64,000 nucleotides of DNA from Callorhinchus milii (GCF_018977255.1 NW_024704742.1:44394001-44458000), one strand, 5' to 3'. Shown: positions 1 to 13,760, counted from the first letter of the stretch. Program-made: numbers and translations. The notes: generated from the sequence alone by a model not told the origin.

Positions 1-896
1 CATTCCTGTTTCCTATGCGAACTATCCTTCTGTTTGCTCCCTACCGTGTGAAATTGTGATAAAAAAACTAGCAGATTGGTTCATTGAATTGACTGAGTCG
101 CTAACAGGCATTCCTGCCAATAACCAGCAGTTTGCCACAGTCAGCCTGTCGGAACCACCTGATCTCCTAATGATGCATTGGAGTGGGAATCCTAACCTGT
201 TGGCTGTGACGTACTACCAGTTCCCTTCAGGATTCCCTATAAAAGTTTGTGAACTATTATTGGAGAATCCTGTTGCCAGTTAACGATTGTCTCACCCAAT
301 TATCTATTTCAGATAACAACAACAAAATTACATTTGTAAAGCTCCTTTCACATAGGGGAGGATGTCCCAAGGCACTGACATAAGAAGTCCGTGTTGAGAA
401 AAGGGTATTTGTCTCTTTGTAATGCATCCTTACAATTATACTACAGGAAGCAATGTGATACTGAGGGAGAATATGTTTCATTGGTTTTCAAGGTCAGCAC
501 ATTTTAGTGATAAAGGGAGAATAATTCCTTTGTAGTCTCCTTTGTCTCCTGTTCTTGGGGTGAACACTGTTATTTAATTCACTTTTTTACTTGATTCAGC
601 ACATTGTAAGGACAGTTAAAGAAAAACATTGCTACTATTATTCACAGGTTTCTTTGTCAGTCTCTCTGTTGCAATATGATTCCATTCATTGTATATTTAT
701 GACTCAAGTTTATCCACCTTTGTAGAAATCCCATTATAAATGCACCTCGAAACATGTACCACACTTAGTGAGCAGAAAAGGACCAATGTGAGAAAAGGAA
801 TACTTGATCGGATTCATGTAATATAATTTTTTACAGAATCTAAAACATAAAAAATACAATTTACACATGCTAGACTTTACAAATAATTGCTTTAGG

Positions 897-1280
897 GAAC
901 TGGGCAGCACAGTGGTTTAGTACACTGCCATTTCATTTCTCTGACCTGGATTTGAATCTAACTCAGAATGATAAGAAGAAAGCTTTCTCTGTCAGTTGTA
1001 AAGGTCCTACATTAATATAGTATTGGCTGAAACAGCCCAGTTCCTGCTCGATGCAGGTCCAGAGCACAAAGCTGTCCATAATTTGATATAAATTGGCAAT
1101 AAATTTCCAGTCACTGACAGAGAGGCTTTATGGATGGTTGACATGGGAAATGGATAAATTCACCCTGGTGCTGTAGGGGGTGCTAGTCTGAGGTTTGACC
1201 TCATCCAAGTCATTTGGACAGAGTAGTGGGACTCTTGCTATGAATCTGGCTGTGCTATACCTCACCTATGAGTGCTTGGT
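897..1280 (+). mobile_element. LF-SINE-like ancient SINE
   Basis: Ordered blocks resembling the recalled LF-SINE consensus: cagtggtttagta, tttgaatc, cagcccagttcct, cacaaa, aattggca, cagagaggc, gctgtgctatacct. Confidence 0.6.
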
Positions 1281-2164
1281 GTTGATTCACTGTCAAGTGT
1301 TCACTTCCCCAGAACTGATATCCATCACCATGGTGAGCAGAACAAATAACATAAAATGCATGAAAAAACATCAATTTCTTATAAGTTCTGGATAGATGTT
1401 CCTCAGCAACAATGGCAGAATTTATGTGTCTGGCTAGGAAACACACTTGGTGCAGATCAGAGTAAAAGTTTTATTTTCATGTATAGAATGCATAGATTCC
1501 TCCTCATTAAGCTGGTGATATCAATTTTAGGGAAATCACCACTATTAACACTGGTGTCTGGCAGTTTTATCGAGTGTTTCTAGGTTGACTACAATGTAAT
1601 CAGATACAGAGTAAAGGTCCATGTAATTTACTCAATCAATGAGATGTAAAATCAAGGTTGAGTCACACATGGGAACACCTTCTAGTCACCTGAAGTACCT
1701 GAGGGAACTCTGCAATGGCACAATCTACCTCCTGAGTGGACTTCCTGTGTATCAGAATGATGTTGGTCCAGTTATTGGAAAAGGTTAGTAAGCAATTCCA
1801 TTAGACATCACTGAAAATTAGACTGAACATTTGTTAACTGATTGCAATGTATTCATGTTAAAAACTAAATTTAAAATTCAGCTGGACACAGTAACATGTT
1901 GAAAACAAATAAACGTGGACAAATGTTTGAAACATATGTCTGGTGCCTTAAGCTTTTCTATTATAAACAGGAATGTTTACTGCAATCTGTTATAGGTTCT
2001 ATTTGCCTGAAGTCAAAATGAAACAATTTTCTAACTTAGGTTAACCTAGGTTGATAAACCTGTTGAAAAACAAACACAATGAGTGATATTTGAGAAATAA
2101 ATATGAGCAACATTTATCCAGTATTTATAAGATATCACTCTTAGGTTTTCTGTGATTTGCAAGG

Positions 2165-2420
2165 AAGTAAGCAAGGAAGCTGGAAGACCTGGGTTCGATT
2201 CCCAGGAGGGTGAATCGTTGGGCAAGTTTCTTTACTCCACAAGCCTCTGTTTGCCTAGCAGTAAGTAGGAATCTGGTTGTTAGTAGATTGATGGATCGCT
2301 TTTCCGGGGGTAATAATCCCTTAAAAACTCAATCTAAGACTTTGTGGAACACTGCTGTGCGCAATTAGCTGCTGCATTTTGCCCACAAAAGGACTATTGA
2401 CACCATTGTACTACAGTATA
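2165..2420 (+). mobile_element. Same SINE family, partial copy
   Basis: gggttcgattccc B box, gggcaagtttctttactccac, core. Confidence 0.8.
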
Positions 2421-2489
2421 GAGTCATGTCCAAAGGAGATTTTAAGTGAATTGGTTAAATGTAGTGGGAGTAATGTTTCCTTTTATTGA

Positions 2490-3675
2490 TCTTTACCTCT
2501 TTGAGCCCCTTCGATCTGGTTTCCGACCCGCCCATAACACCAAATCTGTCTTAGTCAAAGTTACCAACGATGTTCTCTCCATCTACCACCAGAGCTTCCT
2601 TTCCCTCCTTGTTTTCCCCAACTTCTCTGATGCCTTAGATATCATCGACAACTCCATCCTTTTCCACTGTATTGGTTCCCTGCTCCAACTCCATGGCCTT
2701 CTCCTTTACTGATTTCACTTTTATAATAATCCTTGCAGTTACATTTGATGTAGCAACTTATCATGCATATCTGTATGACACCCAACTCTATTTCTCTGCC
2801 TCTACCCTTGACTCTCGGATCACTGCTGTTTTAACTGATTGCCTGTTGGATATCAAGTCCTGAATATGTTTCAGCTTTATAGAGCTCAATGTTAACAAGA
2901 CCGAGGCTCTCATGCATGGCTCCTATCAGCGCCTTCTCACTTCAGTCGCTGACTGCATTGAGCTGCATTGATACTCACTCCATCTCATGGTGTAGGCGTG
3001 GAACCTTGGTATCTTATTTGACTCCACACTGTCCTTCAAACCCCATATCTGGTCTCACACCCACTCAGCTTCCCCTCACCTCCACCATCAACATCAGAGT
3101 CCCCCATTTCCACCGATATTATTTTCCCCAGGCTGTTGAGATCCTCATCCATGCCTTCCTCTTATCCAAGCTCAATTACTCCAATGCCTGCTTACCCTAC
3201 TCCCCAACTTTTCCCTACGCAAGCTGCAGACTAACCAGAACTCTGATGCTCATGTTCTCTCCTACACCAGGTTTCCGCAAACCTATCACCCTCATCCTTG
3301 CTTGGCTCCCCATCTTCCAGTGGATTAATTTCTCATCCTCAATTTCAATTACCTTCACAGCCTCATCCCCCCTACCTCTATAACCCTATTGCCCTGGACT
3401 AGAGGCAAACACCGACCTGCTTATGTCCCCAGCTCGATGTGCTCCATCATTTCAGTAATCTTTGCCCATTCTCTGGAACCCCATCCTGAATTTCTTTGCC
3501 TTTCTCCTTCTGTACCTGCCTTCAGAACCCACCTTAAGATCTATCTTTTTGACCACACTTTTGTAATCTGCCTCCGCACTCTCAGCTCTTCCTCTCCCCA
3601 GCACAGATCCCAGTCAGCTGTGTGATGCACTTTGAGACATCCTCACAGCGTGTAAAAGTAAATGCAAATTGCAAT
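2490..3675 (+). mobile_element. Old, decayed L2 copy
   Basis: LFEPLRSGFRPAHNTKSVLVKVTND, YDTQLYFS, L2-type 3' tail. Confidence 0.85.
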
Positions 3676-3712
3676 GATCTAATTGACATATAGCTGGTTA
3701 GTCTAAATCTAG

Positions 3713-4673
3713 ACATAAATGATCTGGACTTAGGTATAGCAAGCACCATTTCCAAGTTTGCGGATGACACAAAGTTAGATAGGGTAGTAAACAGTGAGAA
3801 GGATAGTAGCCAACTGCAGGAAGACATAGACAGAATGGTAAAATGGGCAGACACATGGCAGATGAGTTTCAATGTGGAGAAATGCGAGGTAATGCATTTT
3901 GGTAGAAAGAATGAGGGGAGGCAATATAGCTAGGTAATACAATCTTAAGGGGGGTTAAAGAACAGAGACACCTGGGGGTGCAGGTAAATGAATCCTTGAA
4001 GGTGGCAGGACAGGTAGATAAAGCTGTAAAGGGCCATATGGGATATGAGGCTTTATAAATAGGGGCATAGAGTACAAGAGTCAGGAGGTTATGATTAATC
4101 TATATAAAACACTGGTTAGGCCTCAGTTAGAATACTGCACCCAGTTCTGGGCACCACACTATAGGAAGGATGTTAAGGCATTGGAAAGGGTGCAGAGGAG
4201 ATTTAAGAGGATGGAATCAGGTATGAGGGACCTTGATTATGAGGAAAGGCTGGAGAGGCTGGGATTATTCTCATTGGAGCAGAGAAGGCTACAAGGAGAC
4301 CTAATAGAGGTCTTCAAAATCATGAGGGGATTTGATAGGTTAGAAAGGGAAAGACTGTTTCCACTGGTGGGTGTGTCGGTAACTCGAGGTCACAGATTCA
4401 AAATAGTCTCTAAAAGAAGCAGAGGGGAGGTGAGAAGAATTTTTTTCACGCAGCGATTTGTTCGAATCTGAAACGCATTGCCTGAAAGGGTGGTCAAGGC
4501 CAATTCAATAACAACTTTTAAAAATGCAGTGGATGGGTATTTGAGGAGGATGGGTTTGCAGGGTTATGGAGAAAGGGCTGGGGAGTGGGATTGACATTAA
4601 TTGCTCTATTCAAAGAGCCGGCACAAACTCGATGGGGCGAATGGCATCTTTTTGTGCTGTATGATTCTATGAT
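3713..4673 (+). mobile_element. 5'-truncated CR1-clade LINE
   Basis: INDLD..ISKFADDTK; LYKTLVRPQLEYCTQFWAPHY; LFSLEQRRLQGDLIEVFKI; 3' ATTCTATG-type repeat. Confidence 0.95.
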
Positions 4674-5142
4674 CCTAATTTCAACAAGGCAAGTTAAAAT
4701 TCAGGCTGTATCCTAAGGATATTAGATTATAAATTGAATCTGCCTATTGTGACATGGTATAGCTCATTGGTGAGGTCCTATTTATAACCTTCCTTACAAG
4801 TATTGTCATTCAGCTTTTAAAATGACATCAATATGTTGGAAAAGATGCAAAGAAAAGTAAAAATAGTAATTGCAGGATATAAAGTAGGAAGAAAGAGTAC
4901 AGAAGTCGACTAACTTTTATTGCATAAAATAAGGTTGGTTTGTTTGACGGTCTAAATCTTATTAAGTCACCCTGTGTTTTAATTTAATGTTACCAAGAGT
5001 AAAAATATTTTACTTTTCCAAGTAGTAGGTGCAGTGTGTAGAATATACTGCTATCAAACCTGTTCACACTGCAATGATTTAAAACACACTGGGTAAATGT
5101 TTGACTAAGAAAGGCCTTGAAGGTTAAGTCTAGACATAGATA

Positions 5143-5443
5143 TAATAATAATCCTTGCATTTGATAGAGCGCTTTTTCACGTCTTCTAGACGTCTCAAAG
5201 TGCTTCACAGAATAGACTGTAAAGTGAATTGACTGTATATTTGTGGACGAAATGCGGCAGCCAATTGCACACAGCAGTGTCCCACCAACAGCCGTGGATT
5301 GAAGTGACCAATTTTTGTTTTTTAAGGATTATAATCAGGCGTGTGGAGTAAGGAAACTTGCCCAATGTTTCGCCCTGCCGGGAATTGTACCCAGATCACT
5401 TGCTTGTGAGGCGAGCGCTCTAAACACTGAGCTACAGGATTCC
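5143..5443 (-). mobile_element. Same SINE family, short (internally deleted) form
   Basis: tRNA head, core and (TAA)n tail; lacks the ~60-bp middle segment. Confidence 0.9.
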
Positions 5444-6231
5444 TAGTATATACAAATACTCTGCAGACAATGTTGGCTCTTATACACTGCTACGGCCAAG
5501 GATATATCATCTGAGGAATGGATGTGGTCAGGGTTGAGTAATGTATGCTGTAGAGGTAGACTGGTGTTCTCCAGAGTGTTTCTGGATTACTTTAATGGCT
5601 CAAAGAGAAATTTCACACTGTTTACTTTTCTTGAAAGTTTTAGGTTTGACAATCTACTTCGCTTGGAGAATTAAATAAATCAAATTAATTGGCAAGAGCT
5701 CCCTCAATGACTCAGTGGACAAATGCACCACAGGACAACATTATAAGTATAAACAACTCATTTGGTAAAAATGTAATCACATTTATTTGTACCTTAATTG
5801 TGTGAATTGATATATTGAGCTCAGCTTCATCTCAGGAGGCAGAGTTTAATATACACTATTTCCTGAATGTGTGAATACTTGGTAGTCAATACTTGTTGCA
5901 ATTCACCAAAATATCAGATTAATTGCAGGGAAAACGCAGTATAAATTGTTTTAGAAGTCATGTTTTTGTGAAGTAATTTGCCTTGGAGCCTGCCAGCCAA
6001 GCTCATGTTGAGGAGATACCTTCACTGGGACATTAATTCACACCATTGCAGTATCAATGCAGGATGGGGGCGAATCAATTCTGATTCTGTTTAGTCTGTT
6101 CCTTAGAGGTTCTTGAGCAGTCCAATGTTTAAGGCACTATTTTTTTTAAATAGTATTAAACAGTTAGTTACTCTCCAAACTTTTTAATAACATCAAAACT
6201 AATATTGTTAAGGGAAGAACCATACAAGCAC

Positions 6232-6805
6232 CAACAACAACAACAACAAGATTGCATTTATAGAGCGCGTTTCACGTCGGGAGGACGTCCCAAGGCGCTG
6301 GACAGTTGGGTCGGGACCTGAGCAGGGGGCAGATGGTCAGGGTGAGGGGAGGGTAGGGAGGGAGCGAGGAGGCGGTAGAGAGTCAAGAAGGGAGCTGAAG
6401 GCACGGTTGAAGAGACAGGTCTTGAGACCGGCCTTGAAGGAGGAAAGGGAGGAAGCAAGGCGAAGGCACTAGGGGATGGAGTTCCAGAGCCTGGGGGCTG
6501 AGAGGCTGAAGGCCCGGCCACCGATGGTAGGGCGGTTGGGGCAGGGGACGTGGAGCAGACCGGAGCCAGAGGAACGGAGGGAACAGGCAGGCAAGTAGGG
6601 GGATAGTAGGTTGTAGAGGTAGAAGGGAGCAGGGCCGTGAATGGCCTTGTAGATGAGGATGAGGATCTTGAATTCGATCCTCTGGGGGATGGGGAGCCAG
6701 TGGAGGCGAGCGAGGGTGGGAGTGATGTGGTCGCGAAGCCTGGTGTGGGACAGTACACGAGTTCTGAATGACCTGCAGCTTGTGGAGGGAGGTGCCGGGA
6801 AGGCC
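6232..6805 (-). mobile_element. 5'-truncated young L2 copy
   Basis: Closely matches the 3' ~600 bp of the 59973-63490 element; (CAA)n on + strand marks the tail. Confidence 0.95.
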
Positions 6806-7077
6806 CACTAAGTTATGCATTTTCAGAGTTCTCAGTCCCTAGTAATAGAGAATGATAAATAAAATGCTATTTCTCAATCTGAATTGCTCAATCTGAGTTG
6901 GAAGTGATGCAACATTCTTTCCAGCATATTAACTGGGTAATGGACCTCTTAAAGTCTAATTCAGTGAACCAAATGCATATAGCCCAGAAAGTAACAAAGC
7001 GAGCTGTTATAGTTGGATCAGAGTTTTACAATAAAGTCACTCTTTTTGGAAAGCTTTTCAAGGCCTGTAATTTCTTA

Positions 7078-7292
7078 TAGTCTTAAGACTGTTGTCTTAA
7101 AATGTTAAGTATATGCAGGATTTTGGAAAATTCTCAAAAATTCAATCAATGTGGAAGCTAGTTTTCCATAATATTCAAAACGAACCTCAGGGGGAAAAAA
7201 ATCTTCGAATCTAAATTAAGACGGATTTCAAAACAATTAAAAAACTTGCCAATCTTAAATTTTAAGAAAGTGGTCTTAAGGTGAAGGCCATG
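7078..7292. repeat. AT-rich palindromic MITE-like repeat (other copies ~14720-14850, 37612-37808, 46130-46282)
   Basis: cttaagactgttgtcttaaaat ... attttaagaaagtggtcttaag; cross-matches between copies. Confidence 0.6.
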
Positions 7293-8609
7293 AGAAATTT
7301 GGGCAGCTGATTCTTGGAGTATGAATCAGCATTGTTTCTATATATCATTTCTTGATGGGCACCAATTTATAAATGATAAATTGGGTTTTTCATCTTGTGT
7401 CTGACTAGAATACCCTGTGGGATATTCTCTGCTGGATGTCAGTATTATTGTCTGATTCAGTTGTCCATTGATTAGTTTCCAACTGTGCATTAATGTTCTC
7501 AAGATCTGAGGTTAATTTCTGAAGCATAACCTTGATATTTGATTTTATTGTGGATATGTTATGAGCTCTTAACCCTGTGACGTATTACTGCTTGTCCTTC
7601 TGTAGAAGGTGCCTTGGGATTGCTGACAGTAGTTACTGGTCATAAATGAGGTGCCACTAGTTTATTTGTACATTAATCTGAAGAAATCCTGTATAAAGAA
7701 ACTGTCACTTAGGAATGCAATTGGGACGTGCAGAACAAAAGGATTGAAGAGTTTACCGGGGATATGCTTTCCCAGCACACAACCACAACCAATTATATTA
7801 TTGTGAAATTTTTTTAAATGAAAGGACCATTCATAAAATCTAGTTCATAAGGTTCACTTTTGTTCAAGTCTTCATAATGCACAAAGCTGGAGGTCGAATG
7901 TATGTAAGCTGAAAAATAACAACAACCACTTGTATTTATATAATGCTCTTCATGCAGGATAGAGGTCTCAAAGCATTTGTTGTCAAAAGTGTTTATTGGC
8001 AAAATAGCAGTGTTACTGGTGCCTTGATTCTGGAAATCAAACTCCTTGTGGTGAAAACTGCAGGGGCCAATGTATGCTGTGTTGACCAATGAGATCAGCG
8101 CCAACCAGAGATTGCCTTAGAGATTAATTTTTCTTAGTTGGTGCGATATGCATAGGGTTCCCAACAGGAGGGACTTTTATTCTGCTATATGTGATGAAGG
8201 TTTCCTGTTGAATCCTTTCTGACTCAGTATCTTTGGCTCTGTAGAGCTGGCTCCATGTATCCCTTTAGCATCCCTTTAGCAGACATTGTTTTGGTAAATT
8301 AAAAACCCTGGAAGATGCACAGCTTTACATACATTTTCCTTCCTCCTGTACATTCACTGTGTTCAAGATCTAAAATGCAGCAATTTTATTGGGATTTCTT
8401 CAGAAGGAAAGTTGTTAAAATAGGGTTTGCTTCCCGGAAACATGTTTTAGCAAGCAAGGAACCTCTGCTCTAACACAGTTTATCTTAAGAACGTAATTTC
8501 TGAAGGTCAGTGGAATTTCTAGCATAACAACAACAACTTTCATTTATTTTGTGCCTTTCACGCGGGGCAGCGTCTTGGAGCGCTTAACAGTTAGGAGGAT
8601 AGTAGTCGA

Positions 8610-8970
8610 CTGCAGGAGGACATAGACAAGCTGGTGAAATGAGCAGACAGAGGGTTTTGGTTGAGTAGATAGGGAAAAAACTGGTTCTTCTAGTGGGTGG
8701 GTCGGTAACCAGAGGGCACAGATCTAAGATAATCGTCAAAAGAAGAGGGGAGACGAGGAGAATTTTTTTTTTACCTGGAGAGTTGTTATGGTCTGGCATG
8801 CACTGCTTAAAGGGTGGTGGAAGCAGATTCGATAATGTCTTTGAAAAGGGAATTGGATAGGTACTTAAAAAGGAAAAAATTGCATGGGTAAGACCGGAGG
8901 AGTGGGACTAGTTGGTAGCTCTTTCAATGGGCTGAATGGTTTCCTCCTGTGCTATAAGATTCTATGATTC
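8610..8970 (+). mobile_element. Deleted CR1 3' fragment nested inside an old minus-strand L2 3' end (8525-9085)
   Basis: ctgcaggaggacatagacaagctg...ttctatgattcta; L2 tail on the left and L2 3' coding sequence on the right. Confidence 0.75.
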
Positions 8971-10502
8971 TAGGGGTGGAGTCTGATATGGAGGAGGTGG
9001 CCATTAGCACGGTCGAAGAGAAAGGTCTTCAATCCAGAACTAAACGAGTGGAAAGAGGGGTCAAGGTGGAGGGATTGGAGGAGAGAAGGGATAAGGAATC
9101 CTGTTGGGAGATTCTGTATCTTAGATGTCTAAAACTCATTGTCCTGTGTCTTACTCCAACAAATTATTCCCAGAAGCTGAAGCCAGTGGCACTCTATACC
9201 TCCTCCAATCTTCCCTTCCTCATACAATCTGATAGCTTTTAAAACCCAAGGTTATCACTCACATTTTCTTGATTTATCTTATGTTCTGCTAGTCTTTTCA
9301 ACATTGTAGCTTTTAACCAATGGTACAGACAAGATTAGTTGCATGGACTCCTTCTGTTCTAAAAACTGCTATTAGAGGCATCTTGCAATACATGGACCAC
9401 TGCCTAACTTCACAATATCGAGATTTTTTAAAAAAAATGTGATACTTTGGCACTAAACATGACAAGGTTGCCATTTCTCTCAAGAGAGGAAGAAAAATTT
9501 GCTGAAGAATTATTGCTATGTATTTCACACTCTTATTTAATAATATCTTTAATTAGAGCAGAAATGCTGAGATGCAACTATTTTAGCTGGGCTGCTGCCA
9601 CTTCTAGCCATCTGTGTACCTATGATTAAAAACGATTCACAGTTGTTTCATGAAATGGTGCAGTTTTGAAAAGCACTGCACCAGAACCAGGCAAAATGAG
9701 ATTTAAGAAAAATTCTGTTATTTTATCAGTAGTTCCACAGGAATGTAAAAGCAATCTGATTTGCTCAGCATTTTCTAATGCAGCACTCTCCGTAGAATGC
9801 TTGTACATGGATATTAAATTCCCTGCCCTAAATAGAATTTCAGTCTATAGAAGCTTTCAGCAATGCCACTTACAGCCAAAGTTAAAAACTGATTGGTCAA
9901 TCCTTTTAACTTCATATCTATCAAGGTGAATGCTGTATTAATATAAAATTCTTCACATTGAGGAAGGATATTAGTAGAACAGCTATCTTTGAAATTGCCA
10001 AAATTATATTACTTTTTCATGAAAATACTAATTCTGTGAGTTTATCTATGTGTCTGGGACCATAGGATGTGCAGCTGCAGATAGGCAGGAAATCATATTT
10101 GACTGTTTGAAATGAATTAGGAAAAAAAGTCAGATGAATGATTGTCCAGGAAAATGTTAACAGTGGTATTGACCCAAGGGCACTACAGCAGAACAGTTGG
10201 AATGTTATTTTTTGAAGTAATCTTAAACGAATGTGACAGAAAATAAGAAGTAAATGTCACTGAATAATTTTGTAACTACAAGACTTTAACTAACGAAATG
10301 TCCTTTCCCACCATGTTGCTTTTCATTCATGATCTGTAAAGTATATTATGTTCATAAGATTACAGAAGAAGTACAAATGAAGAAGCCCTTCAGCACATTT
10401 AATCTATTCCCCTTCCAGATTACTAACATTATCTTCCCATTGGTGCATTGAGCTAATGCTTGATTGACTCTAGTTTCCTCACCTCAACCCTGCTTTCTGG
10501 TA

Positions 10503-11290
10503 ATTTTTTGTGGAGTCAGACAGGTCTTTGACACATGTGAAAACCTATCACCATGCTGAAGAGTATACAAAACAAACTGAGAATTCCATGCATCCCACCT
10601 ACACGTAGAAGTTCCAGAGATGTTTATTGGAATGGAATGCGTACCCTCTCCCTAGAGGGACACATCCTGCTTACATAATTCTGGAGAGTATTAGTTGCAG
10701 GTTGGCAAGAGCTAAGGCTTTATTTGCGTTGGGGTGCTGTTGGAGTCTAACCACGTAAAACCGCAGAGCTTGCCATTGAAAGCACTATCTGGCAAGCTTT
10801 CTAGGGTTGACAGGAGCTAAGTGGGAATAATCTCTGCCCCCAATGACTGGTCTACCCTCCCAAATCCTGCTGATGAGCCAGGCTGTCTGGGTTATCATCA
10901 GCAGTGCACTGGAGTTCCATTCATCCCATCTATACATGGAAATTCCTGAGATATTTATTGGAATAGAATGCACACTTTCTCCCTGGAGGGATGCATCTTG
11001 CTTACCTAATCACATCCTGCAGACCGCCTGACTCAGGAACTGGATTATCAAGACTGCCATTGAGGGTGGCTTGATTCTGACATTTTGTTGTCAAACATGT
11101 TACCTTGGAGCCATTTCAGCTGCAAGGAGACCTCACTACCTCCTCTCAAGGAGGATAGTCACTAATTGATCATTTGACATCTTACAAACCTGGTTTTCAA
11201 ATGTCTAGAACTCATACTCAAGTTCTGGTAGGTTTGCACCAAGAATACTGCATATAATCCTAGTTACCTTGACATTAGGGGGCTGCCTCA
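10503..11290 (-). mobile_element. Copy of the unclassified LINE-like family
   Basis: Reverse complement aligns to ~16800-17730 (minus the L2 insert); T-run at the 3' end. Confidence 0.7.
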
Positions 11291-11364
11291 GCCCAGGAGA
11301 GCAGCAGCGATGATCTTCAGTGTCAGATAAATGAACTATGAGCATTGATCAGTCAAGTTAAGGC

Positions 11365-11710
11365 AATTCAGTCTTGAAAAGAGACATCTAAGATGGGACC
11401 TTATAGAAGTACATAACATTTTAAATAGGATTGGAAAAGCAAATCTAGAACAATGCTTTGGATGCACTGGGACAGCAAATAAACAGGAGTTTAGAGTGGC
11501 AAATGGCAATTTCAGGACAGATACCTGGAAGTATTCCTTTAACTGGAAACAGTTACTAGGAAGGTTGTTGACGTTAGGGTGCTACAATCCATGAGTGGGA
11601 TAGAACATAACTTGACGAGGTGATGGGAGAATGGAAAGAAGGGTATTCTGGAAGGATGAAATGGGCTGAAGAGCTTTTTTTTAATCTAAAATCTCTTATG
11701 ATCCTGTGAT
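11365..11710 (+). mobile_element. Old CR1 3' fragment
   Basis: FSLEKRHLRWDLIEVHNIL-like translation; decayed tail. Confidence 0.65.
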
Positions 11711-12227
11711 GTCTTCCTGAAAATTGTTCTTCACTACTCTGGACTTTTTGTCATTCTGTCCTTGTTTATTGAAATTATTGTTCAGGGTTTGCTCTCTTAA
11801 TTTCATTTAACATTTATGTACATGTATAAGGTCCACTCTAAGACATCTTACAGGACTAGATGGAACTTCAGGCTTTTAGTAGCAATAAAGAGACGTTTTG
11901 TAAAGAAACAAAAATCCTCACAGTAAAAGATTTGTTTGAAGGCTGTGTATTACTTTTTTATTTCACATTTGACTGAGGGATATCTGTCATGTAGCAGCAC
12001 AGATGGAGTGCACTAATATTAGCTCACAAGCAAAGAGCCAGAATTCAGAATATCAGCACTGAAAAAAGAGTTAGATATTTGTTCAATTATTTTCAAATGT
12101 TGTTGATGTGGAATCAATTTCTGAGTGACAATTGGCTAGCTTGAAATTTTTTTCTTGAAAATGTTTTTGCCTGCCCTGCCTTGCATGTCTGCATGCCCTG
12201 CCCTGCCTACATTGCCCGCCTTGCTTG

Positions 12228-12615
12228 CCTATACTAATAAAGACCTAATGTCTGTCTGTACGTGTGTCGTATGGGCCCCGGGCTGGGTGGCGCCATGTCA
12301 GATTTGGCTGATGGCGGCTGATGGTTATCTGGGTAAGGCCCCGGGGTCTCCGGGTTCCTCCGAGCTGCTGCCTAGCAGCGACTAGCCAGGGAAGGTGAAG
12401 CCTGGGGCTCAATTTGGGGCCTCAACTGGGGCTGAGATTTAGCCACACCCACTCTGGAGTTTAGCCCCTCCTCTTCTCCCTCCCCTTATGTGTATATTTT
12501 TAATATAATAATCTATCTATATTAATAAAGACAAAATGTCTGTCTGTGTGTCAATCTACATTCCATATTGGATCCTTTGGTTGCAAGCGAAGTTGTAATG
12601 GGTGGGTACAGCTAG
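12228..12615 (+). mobile_element. Non-autonomous Helitron (core 12512-12615; second 5' terminus at ~12228)
   Basis: A|TCTATCTATATTAATAAAG, GTCT microsatellite, subterminal hairpin TTGCAA-gcgaag-TTGTAA, GGGTACAGCTAG|T. Confidence 0.7.
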
Positions 12616-13149
12616 TTTTATATAAAAATACATCACTGGAAAATATGGTCCAATAGTTTGGTTTTTTGATTGAAATGTAAGCGAGTAAGTTGTGAATACA
12701 AAAGTAATAAACTGTTACTTTTGCACTTTGTTTTAAAAAATTGAATTATTGTGCAGTTAAAAGAATTCAAAAAGGAACATATGTTGGATTTTGTTCAATG
12801 CAATACTCTGTTGCAGAAATGCTCAACTATTCAGCACAGTGTAATCATTTAAAACCATTTTTGTGTTTCCGTGTCCTTTGATGATGGAGATACATGCACG
12901 TGCATTGACTGTAATGTATTATACCAGATGTCTGTGGGGAGCACCAAAAACCTTAATTGTATTTTCACAAAATGCCTTCTTTGGTCATTGTTACCAGCTG
13001 ATCTCGGAGGACAATTAGGGATTTTGAAAAGAAGTCAGAAGAAAGCACAGAATGCAAAAGACCATTTGATCAGTCAAACCTCTTCCTTGGATAGGCTATG
13101 TATGTTGCCTTCCCATTGAATAATACATGAATCATTGTGTTCTGTGGTG

Positions 13150-13760
13150 GGTTTGCTGAACCATGCATTTTCGTATCCTTATAACTTTCAACCCTATTCT
13201 TTGCCAGGTATACACACTGTTTCGTTTGAACTCGGAAATATTGTGCCTCGGCCCTCCAGTTCTGATTCCAGTTTCAGTAAAATATATGTTCAGATTTATT
13301 TTATCTATGTCTCTCAATATTTTAAAGACCTGAATTGTATCACCAACCAATCTTATTTTCTCCCTTGAAAATAACTTAATACATTTGATAATTTAAAACT
13401 AGAAATCCCAGAATCATCTTTGTCACTCTTCACTGAATCCTCTCCAATGCCATATTTGTCATATTTCTATATTTTTTAAAACATCTCTTTTAACCTTAGT
13501 TATTGCTTCCATTTTCCCACACCTCCGCCAGATAACTTATTTTTTAACAACTTTGCACTGGTAATTCTTACTATTATCACACATATCTTTGTTTTACTTA
13601 TAAGACTTTCACACCTCACCAACATCTGTAAATAATTCATTTGTTAACCTTTTGTATATGTAGGTCCTGGTTTCAGTTTTAATCTCTTCCTAAAATCTTC
13701 ATGGCTTGGTTCGACTGTGTTTTTCTTCAGTCTACCCAAGTTTGGTGCAAAATATTGTCC
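13150..13760 (-). mobile_element. Very old CR1 fragment
   Basis: GDTIQVFKILRDIDKI in ORF 13132-13350. Confidence 0.55.

Noticed and set aside
2031..2053. Short palindrome aacttaggttaacctaggtt
   Set aside because: Too short and isolated to interpret.
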